Source: Candidatus Kaiserbacteria bacterium
GTDB lineage: Bacteria > Patescibacteriota > Minisyncoccia > Phycocordibacterales > Phycocordibacteraceae
Assembly (NCBI GenBank): GCA_023267735.1
Contig: JAHFMT010000003.1
Coordinates: 1-43,204 of the forward strand
Reading direction: 5' to 3'
DNA: 43,204 nt
Positions within the stretch are counted from its first letter, which is position 1. Each line of letters opens with the position of its first letter. Below the pieces are notes generated by a model, which had not been told where the DNA came from, searched no databases, and saw only the letters and a program-made list of their open reading frames with translations. A program made the position numbers and the translations under genes. Shown here piece by piece: positions 24,887-32,941 of the stretch.

Positions 24887-27094
24887 ATGCTAAAGCGGCT
24901 TGAGATTGCCGGATTTAAATCATTTGCCAAGAAAACAATCTTGGATTTTTCATCATCGGTAACGGCTATTGTAGGGCCAAACGGCTCCGGTAAATCAAAC
25001 GTTGCCGAAGCGTTTCGGTTTGCGCTCGGTGAACAGTCAATGAAAAGCATGCGCGGCAAGCGCAGTGAGGATCTTATCTTCTCTGGATCTCTTTCATCTC
25101 CGCGAGCGAATCGTGCTGCGGTGGCTATTGTGTTTGATAACCGACCCCAGGGAAAAACACGTCCCTTCAAACTTGAGTTTGATGAGGTGATTATCGAACG
25201 CTCAGTATTTCGTGATGGTTCAAGTGAGTACGCGCTCAATGGCAGTAAGGTGCGCCTGCGTGATGTGCAGGAACTTCTTGCGGGTGCAAACATTGGTGAG
25301 ACGGGTCACCATATTATTTCTCAAGGTGAGGCAGATCGTGTGCTGCTCGCGTCTCCGAAAGAGCGTCGGGAATTGCTTGAAGATGCGCTTGGGTTGAAGG
25401 TGTTTGAGTTTAAGAAACAGGAGGCAGAGCGCAAGCTTACGCGTACTGAAGAAAATGCAAAAGAAGTAGAAGCACTGCGTCGTGAGATCGCACCGCATCT
25501 GCGCTTCCTTGCCAAGCAGGTAGAGAAACTTGATAGGGCAGAAGAGTTGCGTCAGGAATTGATTGGTGCGGCAAAGACCTACTGCGCTATTGAAGACGTG
25601 TATCTGCGTACCGAGCGTGCTGATGCTACGAAGAAGTTACAAGCCGCAACACATCGTGCAGAGTCGGCAAATACCAACCTTGCCAGCTATGACGAGCAGG
25701 GTGAGGCAGATACTGAGAGTGCCAAGCGATTGTCTGCGGTACGTGAAGCGGAGCGTACGCTTGATCGGGTGTTGCGTGAGCGTGGCGAGCTTGCCCGTGA
25801 ATTTGGTCGTGTAGAGGGTGCCCTTGAAGCTGCTATACAGCGTGCCAAAGAGGCAACTGAAGAAGAATTTGTGCGGGTACCGCGCAAAGAACTCTCCGTA
25901 CTTGCGCATGAAGCAAAGATGCAAGCAGAGCTGCCTGAGCACACTCCTGCACCAGCATTGCATGCGGCACTGGTATCGCTGCGCAACATGTTCAGTACCT
26001 TCTTTAACCGATATGTCGTATCCAGTGATGCGTATCTCCAGACCGATGAACGTGAGCAGCTTGCCCTTACTGAAAAGCGCGACATGCTGTCGGCGAAGGT
26101 AACGGCACTGGGTGCAGAAGAGGAACGCGCTCGCCATGAGCTGGTGAAGGCACGAGAGGCGGTGGCGGTTGAGAACGAAACGGGACGAGAAGTGAAGCAC
26201 AAGATTCTTGAGCTTGCAGGAGAGAAAGCGCAGGCAGAAAGTGATGTGGCACGCCAGGAGGGACGACTGAATGAACTCGCACTTCTTGAAGAAGAACTAC
26301 GCCGTGACCAGTCGGAGGTGCTCGCACTTGCTGGTGCTGAGGCAGCATCCTTTTCACCCCTTGAGACGCTTCCAGTGGAAGATCGTCGTGTGCAGGAGGA
26401 TAGAAAGCGCAATCTGGAGCGCCTGAAGATTCGTCTGGAAGAAGCAGGAGGTACCGGTGAAGAGGTGCGCCGTGAGCACACCGAGGCGACTGAGCGTGAA
26501 GCGTTCCTTGCTCGTGAACTTGAAGACCTGACGAAATCTGCGGCAAGTCTCCGTGACCTCATTGCTGAGCTTGATACAGAACTTTCAAAACAGTTTGTGG
26601 AAGGACTCGCGAAGGTAAATACTTCGTTTGGTGAGTTCTTCGCTATCTTGTTCGGTGGTGGTGGCGCACGTCTCTCACTTGAGGAGCTTTCCGCTTCTTC
26701 TGAGGAGGATGAAGAGCAGGAGAGTGTGGTGGTAGGGAAGCCGGGTATTGAGGTGACGGTGAACCTTCCGAAGAAGCGTGTGCAGTCATTGGTGCAGCTT
26801 TCTGGTGGTGAACGTGCTCTTACCTCCATCGCCCTTATCTTTGCGATGAGTCAGGTGAACCCACCACCATTTTTGATATTGGATGAAACTGACGCGGCCC
26901 TTGATGAGGCAAATTCTCGCCGCTATGCGGATATGATTGAGGCGCTCGCAAAGAAGTCGCAGCTGGTGGTGGTGACGCACAACCGTGAGACGATGAGTCG
27001 TGCAGGTATTTTGTACGGAGTAACTATGGGCAGTGATGGTATTTCAAAACTCCTTTCCGTGAAGTTTGAGGACGCGGTTGCAGTTGCGAAGTAG
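24887..27094 (+). CDS. smc: SMC-family chromosome partition ATPase, unusually short (735 aa) with no recognisable hinge domain
   Basis: The N-terminus MLKRLEIAGFKSFAKKTILDFSSSVTAIVGPNGSGKSNVAEAFRFALGEQSMKSMRGKRSEDLIFSGS is the SMC head signature. The C-terminus carries LSGGERALTSIALIFAM and FLILDETDAALD (ABC signature and Walker B). Long Glu/Arg/Leu/Ala-rich heptad-like segments lie between them. Confidence 0.85.
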   Translation: MLKRLEIAGFKSFAKKTILDFSSSVTAIVGPNGSGKSNVAEAFRFALGEQSMKSMRGKRSEDLIFSGSLSSPRANRAAVAIVFDNRPQGKTRPFKLEFDEVIIERSVFRDGSSEYALNGSKVRLRDVQELLAGANIGETGHHIISQGEADRVLLASPKERRELLEDALGLKVFEFKKQEAERKLTRTEENAKEVEALRREIAPHLRFLAKQVEKLDRAEELRQELIGAAKTYCAIEDVYLRTERADATKKLQAATHRAESANTNLASYDEQGEADTESAKRLSAVREAERTLDRVLRERGELAREFGRVEGALEAAIQRAKEATEEEFVRVPRKELSVLAHEAKMQAELPEHTPAPALHAALVSLRNMFSTFFNRYVVSSDAYLQTDEREQLALTEKRDMLSAKVTALGAEEERARHELVKAREAVAVENETGREVKHKILELAGEKAQAESDVARQEGRLNELALLEEELRRDQSEVLALAGAEAASFSPLETLPVEDRRVQEDRKRNLERLKIRLEEAGGTGEEVRREHTEATEREAFLARELEDLTKSAASLRDLIAELDTELSKQFVEGLAKVNTSFGEFFAILFGGGGARLSLEELSASSEEDEEQESVVVGKPGIEVTVNLPKKRVQSLVQLSGGERALTSIALIFAMSQVNPPPFLILDETDAALDEANSRRYADMIEALAKKSQLVVVTHNRETMSRAGILYGVTMGSDGISKLLSVKFEDAVAVAK

Positions 27095-27207
27095 GGGAGG
27101 GGTTGATACAGTCTTCCTCGGACCATATTCATCTTTTCTCGGGAGGATGCGTGGAAATTTCACCACTGTTTCTTTCTCGGGAATGGGAAAGAGTGTTGAT
27201 TGTTGGG

Positions 27208-27432
27208 TTACGCACGGAACTTGCACTTGCGCCCAGACATGAGCTGATCCAGCACGAAATGCTTCTTGAGGCCTGTGTGGCACTGTCGCCTGTGCCTGAA
27301 GTTGCATTGATTGATCATGAGCAGCTTGGCGTGGTGCTTCTTCTTGAGCAACGTCCAGAGTTCCTGGACGCGCCACAGGTGGCACTGGTCAATCAGGATC
27401 TGTTCATTCTTGAAGAGCCGTCCGTCGTTCAC
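27208..27432 (-). CDS. Hypothetical small basic Cys/His-rich protein (GTG start; possibly truncated)
   Basis: 74 codons with very high GC3 (ctg/aag/cac/tgc/ttc), matching the neighbouring 27620 gene and not the core genes. It sits in codon-aligned antisense register to the 27103-27519 plus ORF. There is no ATG start; the frame stays open upstream to 27510. Confidence 0.35.
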   Translation of the reverse strand: MNDGRLFKNEQILIDQCHLWRVQELWTLLKKKHHAKLLMINQCNFRHRRQCHTGLKKHFVLDQLMSGRKCKFRA

Positions 27433-27547
27433 AACAATCCACCAACCGCCTGCACCTGTGCAGGCATCATCCCGGAACCTTTGGAGACCATTCGTGGTCC
27501 TCCGGCGCCCTCATTTTGATGGCGTTTTCTTTTACAGGGCATATATA

Positions 27548-27575
27548 TTGACTATTTATACATTTTGTGTATAAT
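27548..27575 (+). promoter_or_regulatory. Sigma70-type promoter TTGACT-16nt-TATAAT for the 27620 membrane-protein gene
   Basis: TTGACT at 27548-27553 and TATAAT at 27570-27575, read directly. AAGGAG lies 8 nt upstream of ATG 27620. Confidence 0.6.
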
Positions 27576-27619
27576 ATAAATATAACCGCAATGTCGCGGT
27601 ACAGCAAGGAGCTCTTTCC

Positions 27620-28078
27620 ATGTTCAAGAAAATCGGCCTCTTTCACGTGGCCATCCTCTTCATCGGCCTGTACGCCCTGCTCTGGGTGAACGAGTTCAAG
27701 CCCGTCCACGTTCCCCAGGAGGCGGCGCTGATCGCGGGTTTGGCGATGACGTTCGCCCTGCTCGCGTCGCTGCGGTGGTTGCCTAAGAACCTCGTGGCCA
27801 TCACCCTCTCGTACTTCGTGCTGCTTGTCAGCATGTTGTTCCTGGTCGTGAGTCTGCAGGGGCAGCCGTTTCCGTTCGTCCCGTGGCGTGCGGAGCGCTG
27901 GTTGTTCTTCTTCGTGGACATTCTTATTTCGGCGCTCGCTGCGTGGGAAACACGTCAACAGTTGTCCGTGAAAGGGCGAACCAGTTTCTTCTGGAAGCTC
28001 GGCCTCTTCCTCGCGCACGTTCCGTTTGTGGGTGTGGTGCCAGCCGGCATCATGTCTCGTACGGAGCAGCGCGGGTGA
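27620..28078 (+). CDS. Hypothetical polytopic membrane protein (GC3-rich, SD-led)
   Basis: 152 aa with about 4-5 hydrophobic helices, a strong AAGGAG site, a canonical promoter, and codon usage (ctg, gcc, atc, ttc, aag) unlike the core genes. Confidence 0.7.
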   Translation: MFKKIGLFHVAILFIGLYALLWVNEFKPVHVPQEAALIAGLAMTFALLASLRWLPKNLVAITLSYFVLLVSMLFLVVSLQGQPFPFVPWRAERWLFFFVDILISALAAWETRQQLSVKGRTSFFWKLGLFLAHVPFVGVVPAGIMSRTEQRG

Positions 28079-28105
28079 AGGAAACCGCAGCGGAAGACTT
28101 TCCGA

Positions 28106-28146
28106 ACATCCTCTCTCCTTGTGGGGGAGGGTGTTTTCTTTTTATT
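28106..28146 (+). terminator. Terminator-like hairpin CCTCTCTCC-TTGT-GGGGGAGGG plus TGTTTTCTTTTTAT
   Basis: Read directly. The stem contains G-U pairs and one mismatch. It overlaps the rnr stop codon and resembles the 22195-22228 terminator. Confidence 0.55.
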
Positions 28147-30100
28147 TCACCAACTCAAAATCAAGTTCACGTTCAAGCGGACGGGCTGCGATGAGTTTTA
28201 CGCGCACCGGGTTGCCCAACTGGTATGAGGTTTTAGTACGTTCACCAATAAGACGATAATGTTTGTCGTCGTAGCTGTAGTAGTCGTCACCAATAGAGCG
28301 AACCGATACCATGCCTTCTGCATGGGTTTCTTTTAGTTCAACATACAAGCCGCGCTCAGATACGCCAGAGATAATGGCATCAAATTCTTCACCGATGTGC
28401 GCCATCATGTATTCCGCAAGCTTCATCTTCACCGAGTCACGCTCTGCTTCTGCAGCACCCACTTCGCGTTCACTGGCATGTGCAGCAAGGTGATCAAACT
28501 CAGCAAGCTCTTTTGCAGGAATTACTTCACCATCAGCATAGTGCTTCACCAAGCGGTGAATGAGGAGGTCAGGATAGCGACGGATAGGGGAGGTGAAGTG
28601 CGTGTAGTGGGTGAAGGCAAGACCAAAGTGACCCGCGTTCTTGGTTGCATAGATTGCTTTTGACATGGAGCGCAGCGTCGCTGTCTTGATGAGGTACTCT
28701 TCGGGCGTACCTTTGGTCTCCGCAATCAATTTATTGAGCGCGGTGCCTTTCACGCGTCCTCCCTTTGCATCAAGGTCATAGCCCATAACCCGGAGGAATT
28801 GGGTGAGTGCCTCAATACGATCAGCATCTGGTGCATCGTGGATGCGGTAGATAGAAGGAATGGCGCCGTTAGATTTCTCCGTAAGTGCGCCGAGGTGTTC
28901 GGCAACCGCAACGTTTGCAAGAAGCATGAAGTCCTCAATGAGCATCATGGTCTCAAGCCGTTCCTTAAGCTTTATCTCTACCGGCTTACCCTCAGCATCA
29001 AGAAGTACCTTTACCTCAGCGGTATCAAACTCCACAGCACCTTTGGCAATGCGCTCTGCACGAATCTTGCGGGCAAGGTCCCGTAGGGTGACGAGCTCAG
29101 AAAGAAGGGGGCCGTTATTTTTGTTCAGTACCTCCTGTGCTTCTTCGTACGTAAAGCGTTTCGCAGAGTGAATAGCAGTTTTACCAAACCACTTCGTTTT
29201 CACGTGCCCGTTTTGATCAAGGGTGAAGACCGCAGACACCGCAAGACGGTCTACATCAGGATTAAGTGAACAGAGATTGTTGGAGAGTACATGCGGCAGC
29301 ATCGGAATAGTGCGGTCAACAAGGTACACCGAGGTGGCGCGTTCACGGGCTTCGGTATCAATAGCGGTGCCAGGACGTACAAAATGAGATACGTCTGCGA
29401 TATGTACGCCTACCTCAATATCTCCATTAGGAAGCGTCTGTACTGAAAGTGCATCGTCAAAGTCTTTTGCATCTACCGGGTCAATGGTGCAGGTAGGGAT
29501 GTGTCTAAAGTCACGACGTCCAGCGATAGCTTCATCAACAAGTGATTGACCTTGTTCTTCTAGCGCCTCAGCTTCCTGCTCAACGCCCGGAGGGAATGTA
29601 GGAGAAAAGCCTTGACCAAGTGCGAGTGCACGCATCTCAGTTTCGTGTACACCTGCGGCGCCAATATCTTCTTTGATGACGCCGGTAGGAAGTGGATCAC
29701 CTTCGTTCCAAGCGGTTATCTCAACCAGTACCTTGTGCCCAAATGGAATGTTCTGCGTGTCGGCAACACGGATAGGGACGTGCATGCGCTTGGCATCCGG
29801 GGCAACCAATATGAGAGAGGGATCATTTTCTGCACGTATGAGCGGGCCAACGAAGGTGGTGTTCTTGCGCTCAAGTACGGCAACTACCTTCGCGGCAGGG
29901 CGGGGTGGATCTCCTGCACGTCCTGGTGCTATGCCCGCAGGTTCTACACGAACCGTGTCGCCATGGAGCGCTACGCCAAGGTTTTCCTTGAGGATAATAA
30001 GGTCGTCAGCCTTATCTTTGGTGCCCATGGAGAAAAACCCGACGCCACGGCGGGTGATTGAAATAGGGCCCTCCAGAGGGCTAGGGGATTGGGTGGTCAC
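28142..30100 (-). CDS. rnr: Ribonuclease R (RNB family 3'-5' exoribonuclease)
   Basis: 652 aa with a GTG start, RNB catalytic region IDPVDAKDFDDALS...LVDRTIPMLP...FTSPIRRYPDLLIHR, and a C-terminal S1 domain (FDAIISGVSERGLYVELKETHAEGMVSV). Confidence 0.93.
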   Translation of the reverse strand: MTTQSPSPLEGPISITRRGVGFFSMGTKDKADDLIILKENLGVALHGDTVRVEPAGIAPGRAGDPPRPAAKVVAVLERKNTTFVGPLIRAENDPSLILVAPDAKRMHVPIRVADTQNIPFGHKVLVEITAWNEGDPLPTGVIKEDIGAAGVHETEMRALALGQGFSPTFPPGVEQEAEALEEQGQSLVDEAIAGRRDFRHIPTCTIDPVDAKDFDDALSVQTLPNGDIEVGVHIADVSHFVRPGTAIDTEARERATSVYLVDRTIPMLPHVLSNNLCSLNPDVDRLAVSAVFTLDQNGHVKTKWFGKTAIHSAKRFTYEEAQEVLNKNNGPLLSELVTLRDLARKIRAERIAKGAVEFDTAEVKVLLDAEGKPVEIKLKERLETMMLIEDFMLLANVAVAEHLGALTEKSNGAIPSIYRIHDAPDADRIEALTQFLRVMGYDLDAKGGRVKGTALNKLIAETKGTPEEYLIKTATLRSMSKAIYATKNAGHFGLAFTHYTHFTSPIRRYPDLLIHRLVKHYADGEVIPAKELAEFDHLAAHASEREVGAAEAERDSVKMKLAEYMMAHIGEEFDAIISGVSERGLYVELKETHAEGMVSVRSIGDDYYSYDDKHYRLIGERTKTSYQLGNPVRVKLIAARPLERELDFELVK

Positions 30101-30142
30101 GGGAATACTCTAGCAAATAATGCCCGAAACGGCACGTACCCT

Positions 30143-30171
30143 TTGACTCATATACCCGTATCTGGTACAGT
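30143..30171 (+). promoter_or_regulatory. Promoter TTGACT-17nt-(TGg)TACAGT, 9 nt upstream of the rpsP ATG
   Basis: Read directly. It implies a leader of about 0-3 nt. Confidence 0.5.
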
Positions 30172-30180
30172 CTGCGCTAC

Positions 30181-30612
30181 ATGCTAACTATTCGATTCCA
30201 GCGCATTGGCCGCACCAACCAGCCGGCTTTTCGTATTGTCGCGACTGAAAAGGCGCGCGCTGCAAAGGCAGGCAGTATTGTTGAGATTCTCGGCAACTAC
30301 AACCCTCTTACCAAGGCTTTTGCCATTGAAAAGGACCGTGTCCTTGCGCGTATTGCCCAGGGTGCACAGCCATCTGGTTCTCTCAAGAACCTCCTTATCT
30401 CCAAGGGCATCATTGAGGGCAAGAAGGTAAACGTACTTCCAAAGCGCACCGCGCCAAAGAAGGAAGAGCCGGTAGCGGAGGCACCTAAGGCAGAAGCACC
30501 AGCAGCTCCTGTTTTAGAGGCTCCAGTTGCTGCAGAACCTGCTCCAGCAGAAGAGGCACCAGTTGCCGAGGTTGCTCCAGAGGCAGCGCCTGCTGAAGAG
30601 CCTGCGGCGTAA
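30181..30612 (+). CDS. rpsP: 30S ribosomal protein bS16 with Ala/Pro/Glu-rich C-terminal extension
   Basis: MLTIRFQRIGRTNQPAFRIVATE...ILGNYNP is the S16 signature. The tail is a low-complexity stretch, APKAEAPAAPVLEAPVAAEPAPAEEAP.... Confidence 0.93.
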   Translation: MLTIRFQRIGRTNQPAFRIVATEKARAAKAGSIVEILGNYNPLTKAFAIEKDRVLARIAQGAQPSGSLKNLLISKGIIEGKKVNVLPKRTAPKKEEPVAEAPKAEAPAAPVLEAPVAAEPAPAEEAPVAEVAPEAAPAEEPAA

Positions 30613-30660
30613 TGCCGTTGGTGCCTGTATAGCGGCACACCCAACTCACTTCACCTATCT

Positions 30661-30975
30661 ATGGATAAAGAACTCGACCAGCAGTTTCTTGAGTACGTAG
30701 TGCAAGGACTTGTTGACCACCCTGAAGCGGTGGTAGTTGCTCGTACCGTTGATGAAATGGGCGTACTCCTCACTCTCACCGTTTCTCCAGAAGATATGGG
30801 CAAGATTATCGGTAAAGACGGCAATACCGCAAAGGCACTGCGCGTGCTGCTTCGTGTGGTGGGTATGAAGCACAATGCTCGTGTAAACCTCAAGATTAAC
30901 GAGCCAATGGGCGGCAAGCGTTTTGGTGAAGAGCGTGAAGAAAAGACGCTCGACCAAGTCGTCAATGAACTCTAA
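30661..30975 (+). CDS. KH-domain RNA-binding protein (KhpA/YlqC-like)
   Basis: LEYVVQGLVDHPEAV...LTLTVSPEDMGKIIGKDGNTAKALRVLL carries the GxxG KH motif and sits in the usual position after rpsP. Confidence 0.85.
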   Translation: MDKELDQQFLEYVVQGLVDHPEAVVVARTVDEMGVLLTLTVSPEDMGKIIGKDGNTAKALRVLLRVVGMKHNARVNLKINEPMGGKRFGEEREEKTLDQVVNEL

Positions 30976-31639
30976 AAAGAAACGAGCGCTTCGTTTCCAT
31001 TTCGTAACGCTTTTTCAAGAAGCGTGTGATCCGTATTTGTCCGCATCTATTTTGGGACGTGCTCGTGCGAATAAAAAGATTTCTGTGTCGTATCAAAACC
31101 CCCGCGATTTTGTAGATAACAAATGGGGAAAGGTAGATGAGCGTCCATATGGAGGTGGTCCTGGTATGGTAATGACCGCACTTCCGGTAGTGCGTGCTGC
31201 AGAGAAGGCACTGAAAGGAAAGAAGGGAAAGATTGCACTCGTATGGTTTTCCCCTGGTGCAAAGCAATTCACCAATACTGATGCAGATAAACTCACTGCA
31301 TATGATGACATCGTGTTTATCTGTGGCAGGTACGAGGGTATCGATGATCGTGCACGAGTGATGTTGAAGAAGCTCGGCAAGCTCCATGAGTTTGCAGTAG
31401 GGGAGGCGGTATATACCGGCGGGGAAGTGCCGGCTCTTGCGATAACCGATGCGGTTACCCGTCGCCTGCCCGGGGTACTTGGCAAAGATGCGTCAGTAGA
31501 AGAGCGTCGCGTATCCTCACACTACGTGTACACTCGTCCTGAAGCTATTACGTGGAAAAAGAAGACATACAAAGTCCCTGCGGTACTCAAGACGGGACAC
31601 CATGCAAATATTGATGGGTGGAAGAGTACGGGGAAGTAG
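30965..31639 (+). CDS. trmD: tRNA (guanine37-N1)-methyltransferase
   Basis: FHFVTLFQEA...SILGRA...DERPYGGGPGMVM...ICGRYEGIDDR are TrmD signatures. ATG 30965 is preferred and overlaps the KH gene end by 11 nt. Confidence 0.93.
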   Translation: MNSKKKRALRFHFVTLFQEACDPYLSASILGRARANKKISVSYQNPRDFVDNKWGKVDERPYGGGPGMVMTALPVVRAAEKALKGKKGKIALVWFSPGAKQFTNTDADKLTAYDDIVFICGRYEGIDDRARVMLKKLGKLHEFAVGEAVYTGGEVPALAITDAVTRRLPGVLGKDASVEERRVSSHYVYTRPEAITWKKKTYKVPAVLKTGHHANIDGWKSTGK

Positions 31640-31654
31640 GTACTAAAAGTTTTA

Positions 31655-31690
31655 GGGCCCGATACACAGTGTGTACCGGGCCCCGTTTGG
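31655..31690. terminator. Hairpin GGGCCCG.TACAC-AGT-GTGTA.CGGGCCC plus CGTTTGG between convergent trmD and the 31700 gene
   Basis: Read directly. Confidence 0.65.
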
Positions 31691-31699
31691 TTGAAGGTG

Positions 31700-32104
31700 C
31701 TAGTCGCGTTCGCCGATGCGAGCCGCGTTCAGGTGATAGAAGTCAGACTGTTCTTCGGAAGGTTGCTCCTCCGGCTTGACGACCTTCTCGTTCTTCTCGG
31801 TATGGTTCTTCCGAAGGTTGAAGACGTGGCTTGCTCCAGACGAGTAGAGCGACTGATCATCGTAGTAGTGCTGAACGGCACGATGTTCTGCCAGAAGCTG
31901 ACGCATTGCACGACGCTTCGCGTCGTACACACCCAGTTGCTGGCCTCTCTTTTGCATCGCGACGCGCAATTCATCACTGCGTTCGATGAGTTTCGCCATG
32001 AAGCTGTAGTCCAGGCGACGTCCCTTGCGCTTGAGCACATAGTTCAGCGCCTCTTGCGCTTCGTCTACGTGCGTAGACGAACTATGGTTCTGTGAAGAAG
32101 ACAT
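31700..32104 (-). CDS. Hypothetical soluble protein (GC3-rich, SD-led)
   Basis: 134 aa from ATG 32104, with AGGGGGA 6 nt upstream. It looks helical and charged (..LKRKGRRLDYSFMAKLIERSDELRVAMQKRGQQLG..) with an acidic tail. Its codon usage differs from the core genes. Confidence 0.6.
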   Translation of the reverse strand: MSSSQNHSSSTHVDEAQEALNYVLKRKGRRLDYSFMAKLIERSDELRVAMQKRGQQLGVYDAKRRAMRQLLAEHRAVQHYYDDQSLYSSGASHVFNLRKNHTEKNEKVVKPEEQPSEEQSDFYHLNAARIGERD

Positions 32105-32219
32105 GGTATCCCCCTGTGGAAAAGGACTGCGACCAAACCCGTAGACCAAAGAAACTATAGCATAGTATTAGTAAAATGCAAGTAGCTGTGTATAAGTATC
32201 GTTATGCGATACTGCGCAT

Positions 32220-32873
32220 ATGGCGCATGCCTTTTTAATTACCGGTGACCAGGAGAGCGGGGTACAGGAAGCGACTCGTCTTGCCTGTGCGGTAGTAGGT
32301 GCGACTGAGGCGACACATCCTGACGTGCTTGTGTGCACCTATGATCTTCTTTCGGTAGATGATGCCCGTGAACTCACCCGTCTTGCGTCTCATGCACCCG
32401 TGCGCGGACCGCAGAAGGCGTTTGTGATACAGGCAGCGCGTATATTCCATGAAGCACAAAACGCACTGCTGAAACTTTTTGAAGAACCACCAGCAGGTAC
32501 GGTCTTGTACCTCGTTGTGCCTCAGGCAGGTGCGCTCTTGCCAACACTTCGCTCACGCGTAGTGATGCATACCACCACAAAAACTCCTGCAGAAGCAGCT
32601 CGGACATTTGCGGGTGCTTCACCTAAAGCGCGTGAACAGATGGTAACGAAGCTGGTGGAGCGGGCGCGCTCTGAAAAGGATGACTCGCAGGCAGTGCGTG
32701 CTGAGGCGGAGCAGTTTCTTGCGGGTCTGGTGCAGATTGTGTATCAGTCCCCCCGTACCAAGGCAGGGCAGGCGTTTCTGCAGGATGCTGCACGGCTGGC
32801 ACCCATTCTTGCCACCCGCTCCGCTCCGCTCAAGCAGATCTTGGAGCATGTGCTGCTCACGTATCCCAGATAG
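32220..32873 (+). CDS. holB: DNA polymerase III delta-prime-like clamp-loader subunit (short)
   Basis: 217 aa. HAFLITGDQESG is a degenerate P-loop as in delta-prime. Sensor-1/SRC-like motifs are QNALLKLFEEPP and LPTLRSR. Confidence 0.75.
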   Translation: MAHAFLITGDQESGVQEATRLACAVVGATEATHPDVLVCTYDLLSVDDARELTRLASHAPVRGPQKAFVIQAARIFHEAQNALLKLFEEPPAGTVLYLVVPQAGALLPTLRSRVVMHTTTKTPAEAARTFAGASPKAREQMVTKLVERARSEKDDSQAVRAEAEQFLAGLVQIVYQSPRTKAGQAFLQDAARLAPILATRSAPLKQILEHVLLTYPR

Positions 32874-32941
32874 GGGTATATGTGGGGAAAACTGCCAGAA
32901 TCTCAGTACTCCTTTAGGGGATAAGCGGCTATGATGGGGAG

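Noticed and set aside
25687-26829. 380-aa minus-strand Ser/Arg/Ala-rich ORF
   Set aside because: It is antisense to the Glu/Leu/Arg/Ala-rich coiled coil of smc. This is a classic low-complexity shadow ORF.
27103-27519. 138-aa plus-strand ORF directly after smc (TTG start)
   Set aside because: It is in codon-aligned antisense register to a minus frame whose third positions are about 85% G/C, matching the neighbouring foreign gene. Its GGAGG lies only 2 nt from the TTG. I consider the minus frame the coding one, though with low confidence.
27467-28018. 183-aa minus-strand ORF rich in Glu/Arg/Gln/His
   Set aside because: It is antisense to the well-supported membrane-protein gene at 27620-28078, which has a promoter, SD and terminator.
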